Shown one piece after another: positions 39,406-48,387 of a DNA stretch of 64,000 nucleotides. Each line of letters opens with the position of its first letter. Positions within the stretch are counted from its first letter, which is position 1. The translations under genes and the position numbers were made by a program. The notes below the pieces were generated by a model. The model saw only the letters and a list, made by a program, of their open reading frames with translations, did no database searches and was not told where the DNA came from. Source of the stretch: an uncultured bacterium (GTDB lineage Bacteria; Hydrogenedentota; Hydrogenedentia; Hydrogenedentales; Hydrogenedentaceae); assembly GCA_937124615.1 (NCBI GenBank), contig CAKZKR010000097.1:8697-72696 (forward strand). Direction: 5' to 3'.

Positions 39406-40122
39406 ATGAGTACTTCAAGAAGAGAATTTTTATTAGCAAGTAGTTCCCTAATTACTGCAAGTTCAATTATTGGTGCACCTGTATTTGCACAGCCGGGCAG
39501 TGGAAATTCTGAACATAAACTTCCAGAATTACCTTATGCGTATGACGCCTTGGAACCTTATATTGATGCGAGGACTATGGAACTGCATCACTCCAAGCAT
39601 CATGCGGCGTATGTTAAAGGCTTGAACACAGCGGAGAAGGCTCTTGAGGAAGCGAGAGCCAAAAATGATTTTACTTTGGTTCAACACTGGTCAAAACAGG
39701 CGGCTTTTCATGGAGGGGGACATTTTTTACATAGTATGTTCTGGAAAATAATGGCACCCCCCAGTAACGGAGGTGGTGGAAAACCTACAGGTGAATTGCT
39801 GGAATTGATTGAAAGGGATTTTAGTTCTTTTGATTCATTTCAGAATCATTTTTCTTCAGCAGCCAATGCAGTAGAAGGAGGGGGATGGGCTTTGTTGCAT
39901 TATCGCCCAGCAGATAGTAAGTTAATTGTTCTCCAGGCAGAAAATCAACATAAGTTATCACCATGGGGCGTATTCCCGGTGTTAGGCATTGATGTATGGG
40001 AACATGCATATTACCTAAAGTATCAGAATAATCGGGGCGAGTATGTTAAAGCATGGTGGAATGTTGTAAATTGGGAACAGGTGGCAAAGAATATAAATGC
40101 TTTAAGAGGAATTGCTTTGTAA
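39406..40122 (+). CDS. sod: Fe/Mn superoxide dismutase with a Tat signal
   Basis: LPELPYAYDALEP, HHSKHH, GGH..H, DVWEHAYY. N-terminal SRREFLL. Confidence 0.93.
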   Translation: MSTSRREFLLASSSLITASSIIGAPVFAQPGSGNSEHKLPELPYAYDALEPYIDARTMELHHSKHHAAYVKGLNTAEKALEEARAKNDFTLVQHWSKQAAFHGGGHFLHSMFWKIMAPPSNGGGGKPTGELLELIERDFSSFDSFQNHFSSAANAVEGGGWALLHYRPADSKLIVLQAENQHKLSPWGVFPVLGIDVWEHAYYLKYQNNRGEYVKAWWNVVNWEQVAKNINALRGIAL

Positions 40123-40154
40123 TTGTAAAAAAATAATATACAAGATAGTAATAA

Positions 40155-40184
40155 GAAAGCCCACTCATTTTTGAGTGGGCTTTC
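40155..40184. terminator. Bidirectional terminator between convergent genes
   Basis: 13-bp stem GAAAGCCCACTCA/TGAGTGGGCTTTC with a 4-nt loop. Confidence 0.85.
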
Positions 40185-40203
40185 ATTTTATATGTTAGTT
40201 TAT

Positions 40204-41541
40204 TTAATAGATTTCTATAGGGTTTGTGTAGACCCAGGGAACCCATTTTTTATTCAGGTATAACTGTGCTTCTACCCGGTATTTTCCATTCTCTGTGGGT
40301 TTCCATTCAAAATCTCTACCCTCATGTTCCTGTATAGCGATACCATGGCGATAAATGATAAATTTACAGGGATAAGGGGAAGCCATTTTTAATGATAAAT
40401 TAGAGGTTAACGGGATTTTTTCTCCACTGACCGCTTTCGTATTTCCATCTTCAGCGAAGAATACAAAACCTGTTGTTTCTGCAAGCATCTCGAAGCCGAC
40501 AAAAACCCGACCTTCTTTTAAGGCTTCCAGAATGGATTGTTCGGATAGTTCATGGGTAAGAACATGTGTAGAGACATAACGAACCATGAGGGGATATGGA
40601 TCTAATTGTAGATGGAACAATGTTTTTCCGGGTTCTAATTTGCCGAAAAGAATACGCAGTAGAAGACGGGTAAAGATGTTTAGTTTATATTCCCCCATTT
40701 TTTTAGGACTGGTGTCTTCCACATATAGAGTCCCCTGTGGTGTAATTTTCCCAATGAAACCTGTGTTTTGGTGACAATCGTTTGCAGAAATTCCTACTAT
40801 TTTCCTGCTTATGTTCATTTCATCCCATCTTTTTATAACATCTGTTAAAGGACTGAAGATACTTCTTAATAATTGTTCATGATATTTGTTAATGTTAAGT
40901 AAAATATCTGGCACAAGCCTATAGATTAAATATTTTTTGTCCAAACTTTTGAAGTTTGTATGTATGTTATAGATTTCCATTCCCACAAGTTCTGGTAATT
41001 GCCATTCCCTTGGTTCTTCTGAGTGAGCGAAGAAAAGGAGGCCTCCTTTTCTCTGAATTTCTTTTGCGAGAGTTTCGGGGTCTTTATTACAGTCGAGAAC
41101 GGTATCTGGAGGTAGTCCCCATGGCATAAAGCCGTAGTTCATTTCATACCCGGGGATAAAAATGACGCCATCGTGTTCTCCTCGCCATTGTTTTGAGTAA
41201 TCTGCTTTTCCTTCATCACAATGGTCGGACATACAAATAAATTGGCGTTTTTCTTGTTTTAATGCCCTCAAGATTTCTTCAAAAGGGACTTGACTATCAT
41301 GGGATAATTCAGAATGGCTATGGCATACACCGGCGTAATCGTTCCACCCATCATCGTAAATAGGTGGTTGGTATTGTTTTCGTAATTCCTCCCATGCCTT
41401 TTGTTCGCGTGGGAATTCGACATAACGATTGTAAATTGCGTGACGGAAAAGAAAGAGAAAAGCGATTAAAATCAAGAGGATTAGGATTGATATACTATAT
41501 AATGTCCATTTTAAGGTTCGTTTTAAGATAGAAGATGTCAT
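40204..41541 (-). CDS. Membrane-anchored PHP-like metallohydrolase (CehA/McbA-like)
   Basis: N-terminal TM helix. CHSHS, SDH, GYE, AH and NDCH metal-binding motifs. Confidence 0.65.
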   Translation of the reverse strand: MTSSILKRTLKWTLYSISILILLILIAFLFLFRHAIYNRYVEFPREQKAWEELRKQYQPPIYDDGWNDYAGVCHSHSELSHDSQVPFEEILRALKQEKRQFICMSDHCDEGKADYSKQWRGEHDGVIFIPGYEMNYGFMPWGLPPDTVLDCNKDPETLAKEIQRKGGLLFFAHSEEPREWQLPELVGMEIYNIHTNFKSLDKKYLIYRLVPDILLNINKYHEQLLRSIFSPLTDVIKRWDEMNISRKIVGISANDCHQNTGFIGKITPQGTLYVEDTSPKKMGEYKLNIFTRLLLRILFGKLEPGKTLFHLQLDPYPLMVRYVSTHVLTHELSEQSILEALKEGRVFVGFEMLAETTGFVFFAEDGNTKAVSGEKIPLTSNLSLKMASPYPCKFIIYRHGIAIQEHEGRDFEWKPTENGKYRVEAQLYLNKKWVPWVYTNPIEIY

Positions 41542-41650
41542 GAAAACTTCCTTTGATTGAAAATTAGATGTTTACGGACGAGATTTGTGAAAATTGCTTA
41601 ATAGTATAACATAGAACGAGAATGGATTTGTCTGTTATAGGAGAAGAAGT

Positions 41651-42103
41651 ATGAAACATAAGGGTCCATATATATATGAATATCCCCGACCTGCTGTAAC
41701 GGTAGATGCAGTTGTTTTTAGAAGAATAGGTGGAGATTGGGAAGTTTTATTGATTAAACGAATGAATGCACCTTTTGAAGGATATTGGGCTTTACCGGGT
41801 GGTTTTATTGACGAAGAGGAAACATTAGAACACGCGGTGGAAAGAGAACTCTTTGAGGAGACTTTATTGAGAGGTGTCAAATTACAGCAATTAAAGGCTT
41901 TTAGTAATCCATATAGGGATCCACGAGGGAGAACAATAGGTGTAGCGTTTGTGGGGATATTGAATGATATAAATGTAGAAGTCCGTGCAAATGATGACGC
42001 AAAGGAAGTACAATGGTTCTCATTAGATAATCTACCTGATTTGGCGTTTGACCATTCAGAGATAATAGATTGTGCAATAGAATGGTTGGAAAAACATATT
42101 TAG
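41651..42103 (+). CDS. NUDIX hydrolase (ADP-ribose pyrophosphatase-like)
   Basis: LPGGF..EEE..E...RELFEET Nudix box, RDPRG, LAFDH. Confidence 0.9.
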   Translation: MKHKGPYIYEYPRPAVTVDAVVFRRIGGDWEVLLIKRMNAPFEGYWALPGGFIDEEETLEHAVERELFEETLLRGVKLQQLKAFSNPYRDPRGRTIGVAFVGILNDINVEVRANDDAKEVQWFSLDNLPDLAFDHSEIIDCAIEWLEKHI

Positions 42104-42131
42104 GTTAGAATTAGTTTTTATAGGAGTTTAT

Positions 42132-43613
42132 ATGCAACATTTTGAATTGGCACCCTGGTTTGAAAGAAGAAATCTAGCTTTGTTGACTGATTTATATCAG
42201 TTGACAATGATGGCAGGGTATTTCAAGGAAGGACGGGGCAATATCCCTGTTACTTTCGATTATTTTTTTCGTAGTTTACCACCCCATTCCGGTTTTGCCA
42301 TCTTTGCAGGTCTGGAATCTTTTCTACTTTATTTAAAAAATTTGCATTTTACAGAGGACGATATTGAATACTTAAAAAGTTTGAAAATTTTTGATGAAGA
42401 TTTTTTGACATTTCTTCGTAATTTTAAAATACATTTAAGAGTGAAGGCAGTTCCGGAAGGTACTTTAATTTTTCCTTTTGAACCGGTAGTGCAGATAGAA
42501 GGACCTCTGTTGGAAGCCCAACTGGTAGAGACTGCATTGCTTAATATTTTGAATTATCAAACGCTGATAGCAAGTAAATCAGCGAGAGTATGTTTATCTG
42601 CGGAACCCGACCCTGTAATCGAATTTGGACTTCGTAGAGCACATGGACCGGATGGAGGAACCAGTGCATCTCGTGCTGCGTATATTGGGGGTTGTGTAGC
42701 TACATCAAATGTGATGGCAGGTAAAATATATGGTATTCCGGTTACAGGGACTCATGCCCATAGTTGGGTGATGAGTTATCAGAGTGAGTTAGAAGCATTC
42801 CGTGCTTTTGCAAGGCTATATCCCAATCGTTGTGTCTTGTTAGTAGATACCTATGACCCGATAAAAAGTGGGATCCCCAATGCGGTCCAAGTGTTCAAAG
42901 AGATGAGGGAACAAGGAATTGATGTAAAGCCAGCGATTCGTATTGATTCGGGTGACCTGGCTCGTATTAGTAAGGTGGCATATCGAATGATGACAGAGGC
43001 CGGTTTTGAAAATCCCATGATAATAGGGTCAAATGATTTGAACGAGGATTTGATTGCAGATTTGAGAAGGCAGGGAGCCAAGATTAATGCGTGGGGAGTA
43101 GGGACACATTTGATAACTTCCTATGATTGTCCTGCCTTGAGTGGCGTTTATAAACTGGTAGCCGTGTATCGGGATGGAGTATGGGAATCGCGAATAAAGA
43201 TTACCGGGAATATAGAGAAGAGTACGGATCCGGGAAGAAAAATTCCCGTTCGATACTATACAGATGATGGGAATCTATTGGGGGATGTTATGTATCTCGA
43301 AGGAGAGGGGTATGTAGAGAATGGTTCTATACAAACCCGTTCACGACTGTTTCCCCATATTCCACAGAAGTTGGAAGGGGCTAGTTTTGCAGAACCTTTA
43401 TTAAAAGAAGTTTTTTGGGAAGGAGAGATTTCAATACCTTTGGAGTCTGTACAGAATATTCGTGAGCGGGTTCGCAAACAGGTATATGCTTTATCAGAAG
43501 AGTATAAACGGCTTCGTAATCCAGAAGTATATCGTGTATTTCTATCGCCTCGTCTGGGAGATTTAAAGAATCAGATATGGCAAAATCCAGAAGCAGGAAT
43601 TGTTTTTCAATAG
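42132..43613 (+). CDS. pncB: Nicotinate phosphoribosyltransferase
   Basis: TDLYQLTM, EFGLRR, GTHAHSW, LVDTYD, RIDSGDL, GVGT, VYKLV. Confidence 0.95.
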   Translation: MQHFELAPWFERRNLALLTDLYQLTMMAGYFKEGRGNIPVTFDYFFRSLPPHSGFAIFAGLESFLLYLKNLHFTEDDIEYLKSLKIFDEDFLTFLRNFKIHLRVKAVPEGTLIFPFEPVVQIEGPLLEAQLVETALLNILNYQTLIASKSARVCLSAEPDPVIEFGLRRAHGPDGGTSASRAAYIGGCVATSNVMAGKIYGIPVTGTHAHSWVMSYQSELEAFRAFARLYPNRCVLLVDTYDPIKSGIPNAVQVFKEMREQGIDVKPAIRIDSGDLARISKVAYRMMTEAGFENPMIIGSNDLNEDLIADLRRQGAKINAWGVGTHLITSYDCPALSGVYKLVAVYRDGVWESRIKITGNIEKSTDPGRKIPVRYYTDDGNLLGDVMYLEGEGYVENGSIQTRSRLFPHIPQKLEGASFAEPLLKEVFWEGEISIPLESVQNIRERVRKQVYALSEEYKRLRNPEVYRVFLSPRLGDLKNQIWQNPEAGIVFQ

Positions 43614-43623
43614 GAGATAAAGA

Positions 43624-45555
43624 ATGAGACTTGTTAAAGTTGGAACATCGGCAGTTTCGGTAAAGGTTGGTGATTTCAAACGAAATACTGAAAATCTTTG
43701 TGAGGTAATTGAAACGGCAAAGAAAGAAAATGTGCATTTGTTAGTAACACCTGAGCTGGCAATAAGCGGTTATAGTTTAGAAGACCGTTTGTTTTGGAGT
43801 GATATAGTAGAACATAGTTGGTCGTCGTTGCTTCGAATTGCGGAGCATACAGAAGGGATAGGGGTATTTGTTGGGCTTCCCGTGCAAAAAGAGTCTTATT
43901 TATTTAATGCGACTGCTTTTGTTTGCGATCGAAAGATACATGGTTTAATATTGAAAAAGTACTTACCGACATATCAGGTCTTTTATGAGGGTAGATATTG
44001 GTCTTCCTGGGAAGGGGGAACTACAGAGGTTCATGGGATACCTGCAGGGGACATTATATTTGAGTTACCTTATGGATTGGTTTCTGCTGAAATTTGTGAG
44101 GATATATGGTCTTCTCATTCTCCCTCGGCAGACCGTGCAATCCATGGGGCGGAAATAATTTGTAATTTAAGCGCTTCTCCGTTTAGCCCGCTTAAGAATC
44201 AATTGCGAAAACAATTGGTATTAACTAATGCTATGCGAATAAAGGTTGTATATATCTATTCGAATTTATTAGGCTGTGATAATAGCCGTCTTATTTTTGA
44301 TGGGGGAGGGATTATTGCCACGCCGGAAGGTTTGGTTGTTAGCGGCCCTATCCTTTCAAACAAACGATGGACACTTACGACAACAGTAGTAAATTTGGAT
44401 GAAGTAACAAGAATACGGAAGGAAAATTCTACATGGAAGGCCGAGGCATTACAATCAGAACGGGGAGAAGTAAAAAAGCGAGTGGTTGTGGAGTTTCCGC
44501 AGTTTAAGCCTGCTTTGTTAAAAGAATGGGTAGATACATTGCCACGAAGTTTTTATATACCCGATAAAAAAATAATAGAAGAAAATCAGATAGAGAATAA
44601 TTATTTTGAACAACTTTTTTCTGCATTATCGTTAGGACTCCGTGATTATTTTGAGAAAGTGGGGTCCTTTGATAAATTTTTGGTAGCGTTATCCGGGGGA
44701 AGGGATAGCGCACTGAGTTTGTTACTTGCAGTAGAGGCAGCAAAAAAATTAAAGGAAGGGAAGTACTCAGATAAATATAAAGAAAGAGTTGCATGTATTT
44801 ATTTACCTCATAAAGACTATAGTAGTTCGGAGACAAGGAAAGCGGCCGAGTTATTGACCAAGGAACTGGATGTGCCATTTCAGGTGGTAAGTATTCATGA
44901 AGAAGCGGAGATTGCATATAAAAAGGCTATTGAGATTGTGGGGGGTAAGGAGAAAGTAAAGGGAATTACACGACAGAATTTACAGGCGCGAGTTCGTGGG
45001 GCGATGATGTTGAATTGGGCTAATAATGTAAATGGGCTTTTATTAGTTACTTCAAATTTGAGTGAATCAGCAGTGGGATATACCACAACAGGTGGTGATA
45101 ATGAAGGAGGTTTTTCTCCGATAGCAAATGTTCCGAAAACAGTTATTTCAGCATTGCTGGAATACCTTGCAGAAACACGGGGAATTCGTGCATTGGATAT
45201 GATATTAAAGATACCACCTACGGCAGAATTAGCACCGAATCAAACAGATGAAGGAGACCTTATGCCATATAAGGTTTTAGATGAACTTATTTATTTGTTT
45301 GCCCGACAGCGACTTTCCCTTGTTGATTGCTGGAAAATTTTATGTTTAAGGTTTCCTGAGTTTTCTCCGAAGCAACTTAAAGTTTGGACAGAGAATTTCG
45401 CAAAGAGATTTGTTGCAAATCAATGGAAACGAGATCAACATCCGGTATCATTAAAGGTTTTAGAACCTGATTTTGACCCGAAAACAGGCTTTCGTTTTCC
45501 TGTAATACAAAGCATCGATGCAGAATTAGAAAGATTAAGAAAAGCAAAGTTTTAG
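43624..45555 (+). CDS. nadE: Glutamine-dependent NAD+ synthetase
   Basis: CN-hydrolase E-K-C triad (TPEL, KKYLP, ICEDIW). SGGRDS, NLQAR and PTAEL in the synthetase domain. Confidence 0.95.
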   Translation: MRLVKVGTSAVSVKVGDFKRNTENLCEVIETAKKENVHLLVTPELAISGYSLEDRLFWSDIVEHSWSSLLRIAEHTEGIGVFVGLPVQKESYLFNATAFVCDRKIHGLILKKYLPTYQVFYEGRYWSSWEGGTTEVHGIPAGDIIFELPYGLVSAEICEDIWSSHSPSADRAIHGAEIICNLSASPFSPLKNQLRKQLVLTNAMRIKVVYIYSNLLGCDNSRLIFDGGGIIATPEGLVVSGPILSNKRWTLTTTVVNLDEVTRIRKENSTWKAEALQSERGEVKKRVVVEFPQFKPALLKEWVDTLPRSFYIPDKKIIEENQIENNYFEQLFSALSLGLRDYFEKVGSFDKFLVALSGGRDSALSLLLAVEAAKKLKEGKYSDKYKERVACIYLPHKDYSSSETRKAAELLTKELDVPFQVVSIHEEAEIAYKKAIEIVGGKEKVKGITRQNLQARVRGAMMLNWANNVNGLLLVTSNLSESAVGYTTTGGDNEGGFSPIANVPKTVISALLEYLAETRGIRALDMILKIPPTAELAPNQTDEGDLMPYKVLDELIYLFARQRLSLVDCWKILCLRFPEFSPKQLKVWTENFAKRFVANQWKRDQHPVSLKVLEPDFDPKTGFRFPVIQSIDAELERLRKAKF

Positions 45556-45556
45556 T

Positions 45557-47540
45557 TTATTTTATCCTTTTAATCTGTCCTTGTGTTATAAAAAGAGGAT
45601 AACCTTTTTTTAATGGGAGATTTAAATATTTGTTTTTACTATTTTCTAACACAATCTCACCCATGAGATTTTGAATTTTGACAGGTAATTCTGTAACGTG
45701 AACCTTCAAACATTTATCTTCTTTGGCTGACCAGAGAGTAAGGGTATTCCCCTGTTGAAAGGCTATGATGTTTTCTCCAAAGTCTGTTCGTATTTGGATA
45801 TTTTTATCTGCTAAATTTCTACAAATATTAGCACATGCTCTTAATGCAGGTTTCTGTGAGAAGTCCTGTCGAATAACTCCGAAATTAGATTCAAAATAAA
45901 AAAGGTCATCCCCATCGTTGCGGAAGTCATACCAACTTATATTCTGTACATCGCCCGAAGCGATAGCAGATAGGTAACATCTTGCAAATAGTAATGCCTG
46001 GTCTCGTTCTGTGGTCACATCTTTCCATAGATGGGTACTCCATCCCATTTCTGTAATCCATACGGGACGGTTTTGGACCTGTTGAGCAGTTTTTTTTAGT
46101 TCACTGATGAATTTTACTTCATCTAAATTTCTTCGGTAAGGATGGATCGTAAGAATATCAAAGGGTGTGTTTGCTTTTAGACAAAAGTCGATGAAATCGT
46201 TATCAATTCCTGAGGTAGAAATGGCCAATACTTTTGCATCTGGATCGGCTCTTTTGATGGCCTCATAACATTTTTTTACTAACTCGGGATATAGTTCTTC
46301 AGGGCCTTGCCAGAAAAAGATATTCGGTTCATTATAAATCTCCCAAAATTTAACTCGGTCTTTAAAATGATTTACAGTAACTTCTGTGAATCGGACGAAA
46401 TCTTCAATCCCTTTCAGGGTATAAGGTTCGGTCCATGAGGTCCAATAACACAATAATCCATATACGCTGATACCATATTTGTTGGCTGTGTTTACAATAA
46501 GGTCGTAGTATTCGAAATTAAATTTTCCGGGTTCTGGTTCAATATGTTCCCAATTAAATTCTTCCCGTGTCCATTTAATTCCGGCTTTGGATGCAAGTTC
46601 GGCAGCTTTTTCTCTATTTTGTTGGTCGGAACCATAGCGATACAAGTATAAACCCATGCCCCATGGAGAATTGGGCTTTAATGTGGAGTCTAATGGGACA
46701 TCAATTTCTTTAGAATAGGTGGAAACTGCAGAAAATGTTTTTCCATCGTTTCTTTTAAAAGTCCAATAAACTTCAATGAAATTTTTATCTTCAGGCATTT
46801 GTATCGGAATTTCTAAATAGACACTTTGTGCCGATGGGGGGATGGTTAATTTTTGGGAAGAAGAACTTAATGTTTTTTGTTCCCAATCTTTTAATTGAAT
46901 GGATAGTTCTCCGGAGACTTCTTTGTTCAGTAAGTTTGTAAAGGAGCAAGAAGAAAAAAGTTTTTCTACAGTGTTTTTATAGGTTTTAGAAACGAGGATA
47001 CACTCCTGATGGGATGGGATATCGGTTTCACAGATAAAGGACTGAATTTGTAATTGCAAAATGTCGCTTGGACATTGAGCCTTTTTTATTTGAAGTTGCC
47101 CGAATCTTAGTGGTGTCCTTACCTTTCCATCATTTTCACCAGAGTGGAATTCCCAGTTTTCCGGAGGGGCATTAAATTCGATAGTTTGTTCTCCGTACTG
47201 CAAGATGCAAACTTTTCTCTGGAAGTATTGGAAATGAGACACCAGTAGGATTTCCAGTTCACTTCCTGCAGAACTTGCCCAGAGTTTTAAAATGAATTTT
47301 TTAGGGGTCCCGTATATAGATAAAGAGGGATGGTTAAAACTAGCGGAAAAACCTTTCGTAAAATCAATCTCCCAAATAGGGTTTTTGAATGCAATTCCGG
47401 CAGATGTATAGATAATAGATAGAAAAAGGTTGAGTCTGTAGATTAATAAACTCGTATTGAATAGTTTGAACAGGTTCCTCTGCTGTACATTTCCACAAAA
47501 GGATTAGTCCTAAAGCGATTACAAGTTTTGTTTTTAACAT
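45557..47540 (-). pseudogene. Secreted clan GH-A glycoside hydrolase (GH39/GH5-like) with an apparent frameshift near the 5' end
   Basis: YNEPN acid/base and ITEMGW nucleophile. The signal-peptide ORF (ATG 47540, GAGG RBS) stops at 47364; the main frame is open from 47503 without a start codon until 47242. Confidence 0.7.
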
Positions 47541-47710
47541 TTTTTATCCTCTACAAAGTTCATGTTTAATCCAAAACATATACTTTTGAATAAACTTATA
47601 ATAACAAAAATTTTTATTATTAAACTATATGAATGTTGGTTGGGTTTTTTTAATTAGAGAAAGTATTAAAAATATTTTGATATGTTTTTAAGAGTTCCTA
47701 CAAGGATGTT

Positions 47711-47738
47711 ATTTTTGTTTTTTACTACTTACAAAAAT
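47711..47738. promoter_or_regulatory. Inverted repeat ATTTTTGT-N12-ACAAAAAT, candidate enhancer
   Basis: Perfect 8-bp arms with a TGT-N12-ACA core, about 80 bp upstream of a sigma54-like element. The AT-rich context lowers its significance. Confidence 0.35.
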
Positions 47739-47817
47739 GAAAGTTAATTGTGTTCTTTCTTTTTTAATTTGTTGTTATAATTCACTGTTTATGATTATAT
47801 TATCGTAAAAATAGATG

Positions 47818-47834
47818 TTGGCATAATTTTTGTT
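47818..47834 (+). promoter_or_regulatory. Sigma54-like element TTGGCATAATTTTTGTT
   Basis: GG-N10-G spacing. Matches the pilin-upstream element at 14 of 17 positions. Confidence 0.35.
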
Positions 47835-47923
47835 TGTTGAATATTAGTTTTTATACAATTTAATAAACGAAAATAGAAAGTTGAAAATATTATATTTTTT
47901 GAATTTTAATTTAAACATATTAT

Positions 47924-47952
47924 TTGAGATTTAAGTAATATTTAAGTATAAT
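47924..47952 (+). promoter_or_regulatory. Sigma70 promoter of the small-peptide operon
   Basis: TTGAGA-17-TATAAT. Confidence 0.75.
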
Positions 47953-48055
47953 TAGTAACAATTGGTGTTTTTACTGGTAACATTAGAGAAAGTATATAAC
48001 TCCGATGGGAGGGGTTATATTATACCTAAACAAATTAACATTAAAGGAGTTAAAA

Positions 48056-48163
48056 ATGATATTAGCAGACATCTTAAACATTATTGTAAGTGTGTTCGTC
48101 AAGTTTTTTGCCGAATGGCTCATTGGTCAGTTGTTATCACTGTTCGGTGCAACAACATCCTAA
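48056..48163 (+). CDS. 35-aa leaderless amphipathic peptide (not in the ORF track)
   Basis: AAAGGAG RBS at 48043-48049. MILADILNIIVSVFVKFFAEWLIGQLLSLFGATTS. Confidence 0.8.
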   Translation: MILADILNIIVSVFVKFFAEWLIGQLLSLFGATTS

Positions 48164-48189
48164 ACCACTAACAGAAGGAGAGTAAAATA

Positions 48190-48312
48190 ATGGATTTCAA
48201 TTTAATCTTAAAAGAGATAATTGTAAAAGTAGTTAATTATCTGGCTGGTTTTGTCAGTAAAGTTATAACAGATTTCTTTTCTGCTTTAACAGGTAAAGAA
48301 CCTGTTGATTAA
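48190..48312 (+). CDS. 40-aa leaderless amphipathic peptide (not in the ORF track)
   Basis: AAGGAG RBS at 48175-48180. MDFNLILKEIIVKVVNYLAGFVSKVITDFFSALTGKEPVD. Confidence 0.8.
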   Translation: MDFNLILKEIIVKVVNYLAGFVSKVITDFFSALTGKEPVD

Positions 48313-48336
48313 TTTTTTTTTTGAAAATCTTATATT

Positions 48337-48373
48337 TGGCACATTGTGTAAATTCCACGATGTGCCATTTTTT
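48337..48373 (+). terminator. Intrinsic terminator closing the peptide operon
   Basis: 12-bp stem TGGCACATTGTG/CACGATGTGCCA (one G-U pair) with a T6 tail. Confidence 0.85.
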
Positions 48374-48387
48374 AAAAGAGATTTTTT

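Noticed and set aside
41541-41651. NrtR regulator and operator for the NAD operon
   Set aside because: The Nudix protein lacks a wHTH domain, and no convincing GT-N7-AC palindrome was found.
47962-48171. 69-aa ORF from the supplied track
   Set aside because: TTG start only a few nt after the predicted TSS and no RBS. It overlaps the 35-aa ORF, which has a strong RBS, in another frame.
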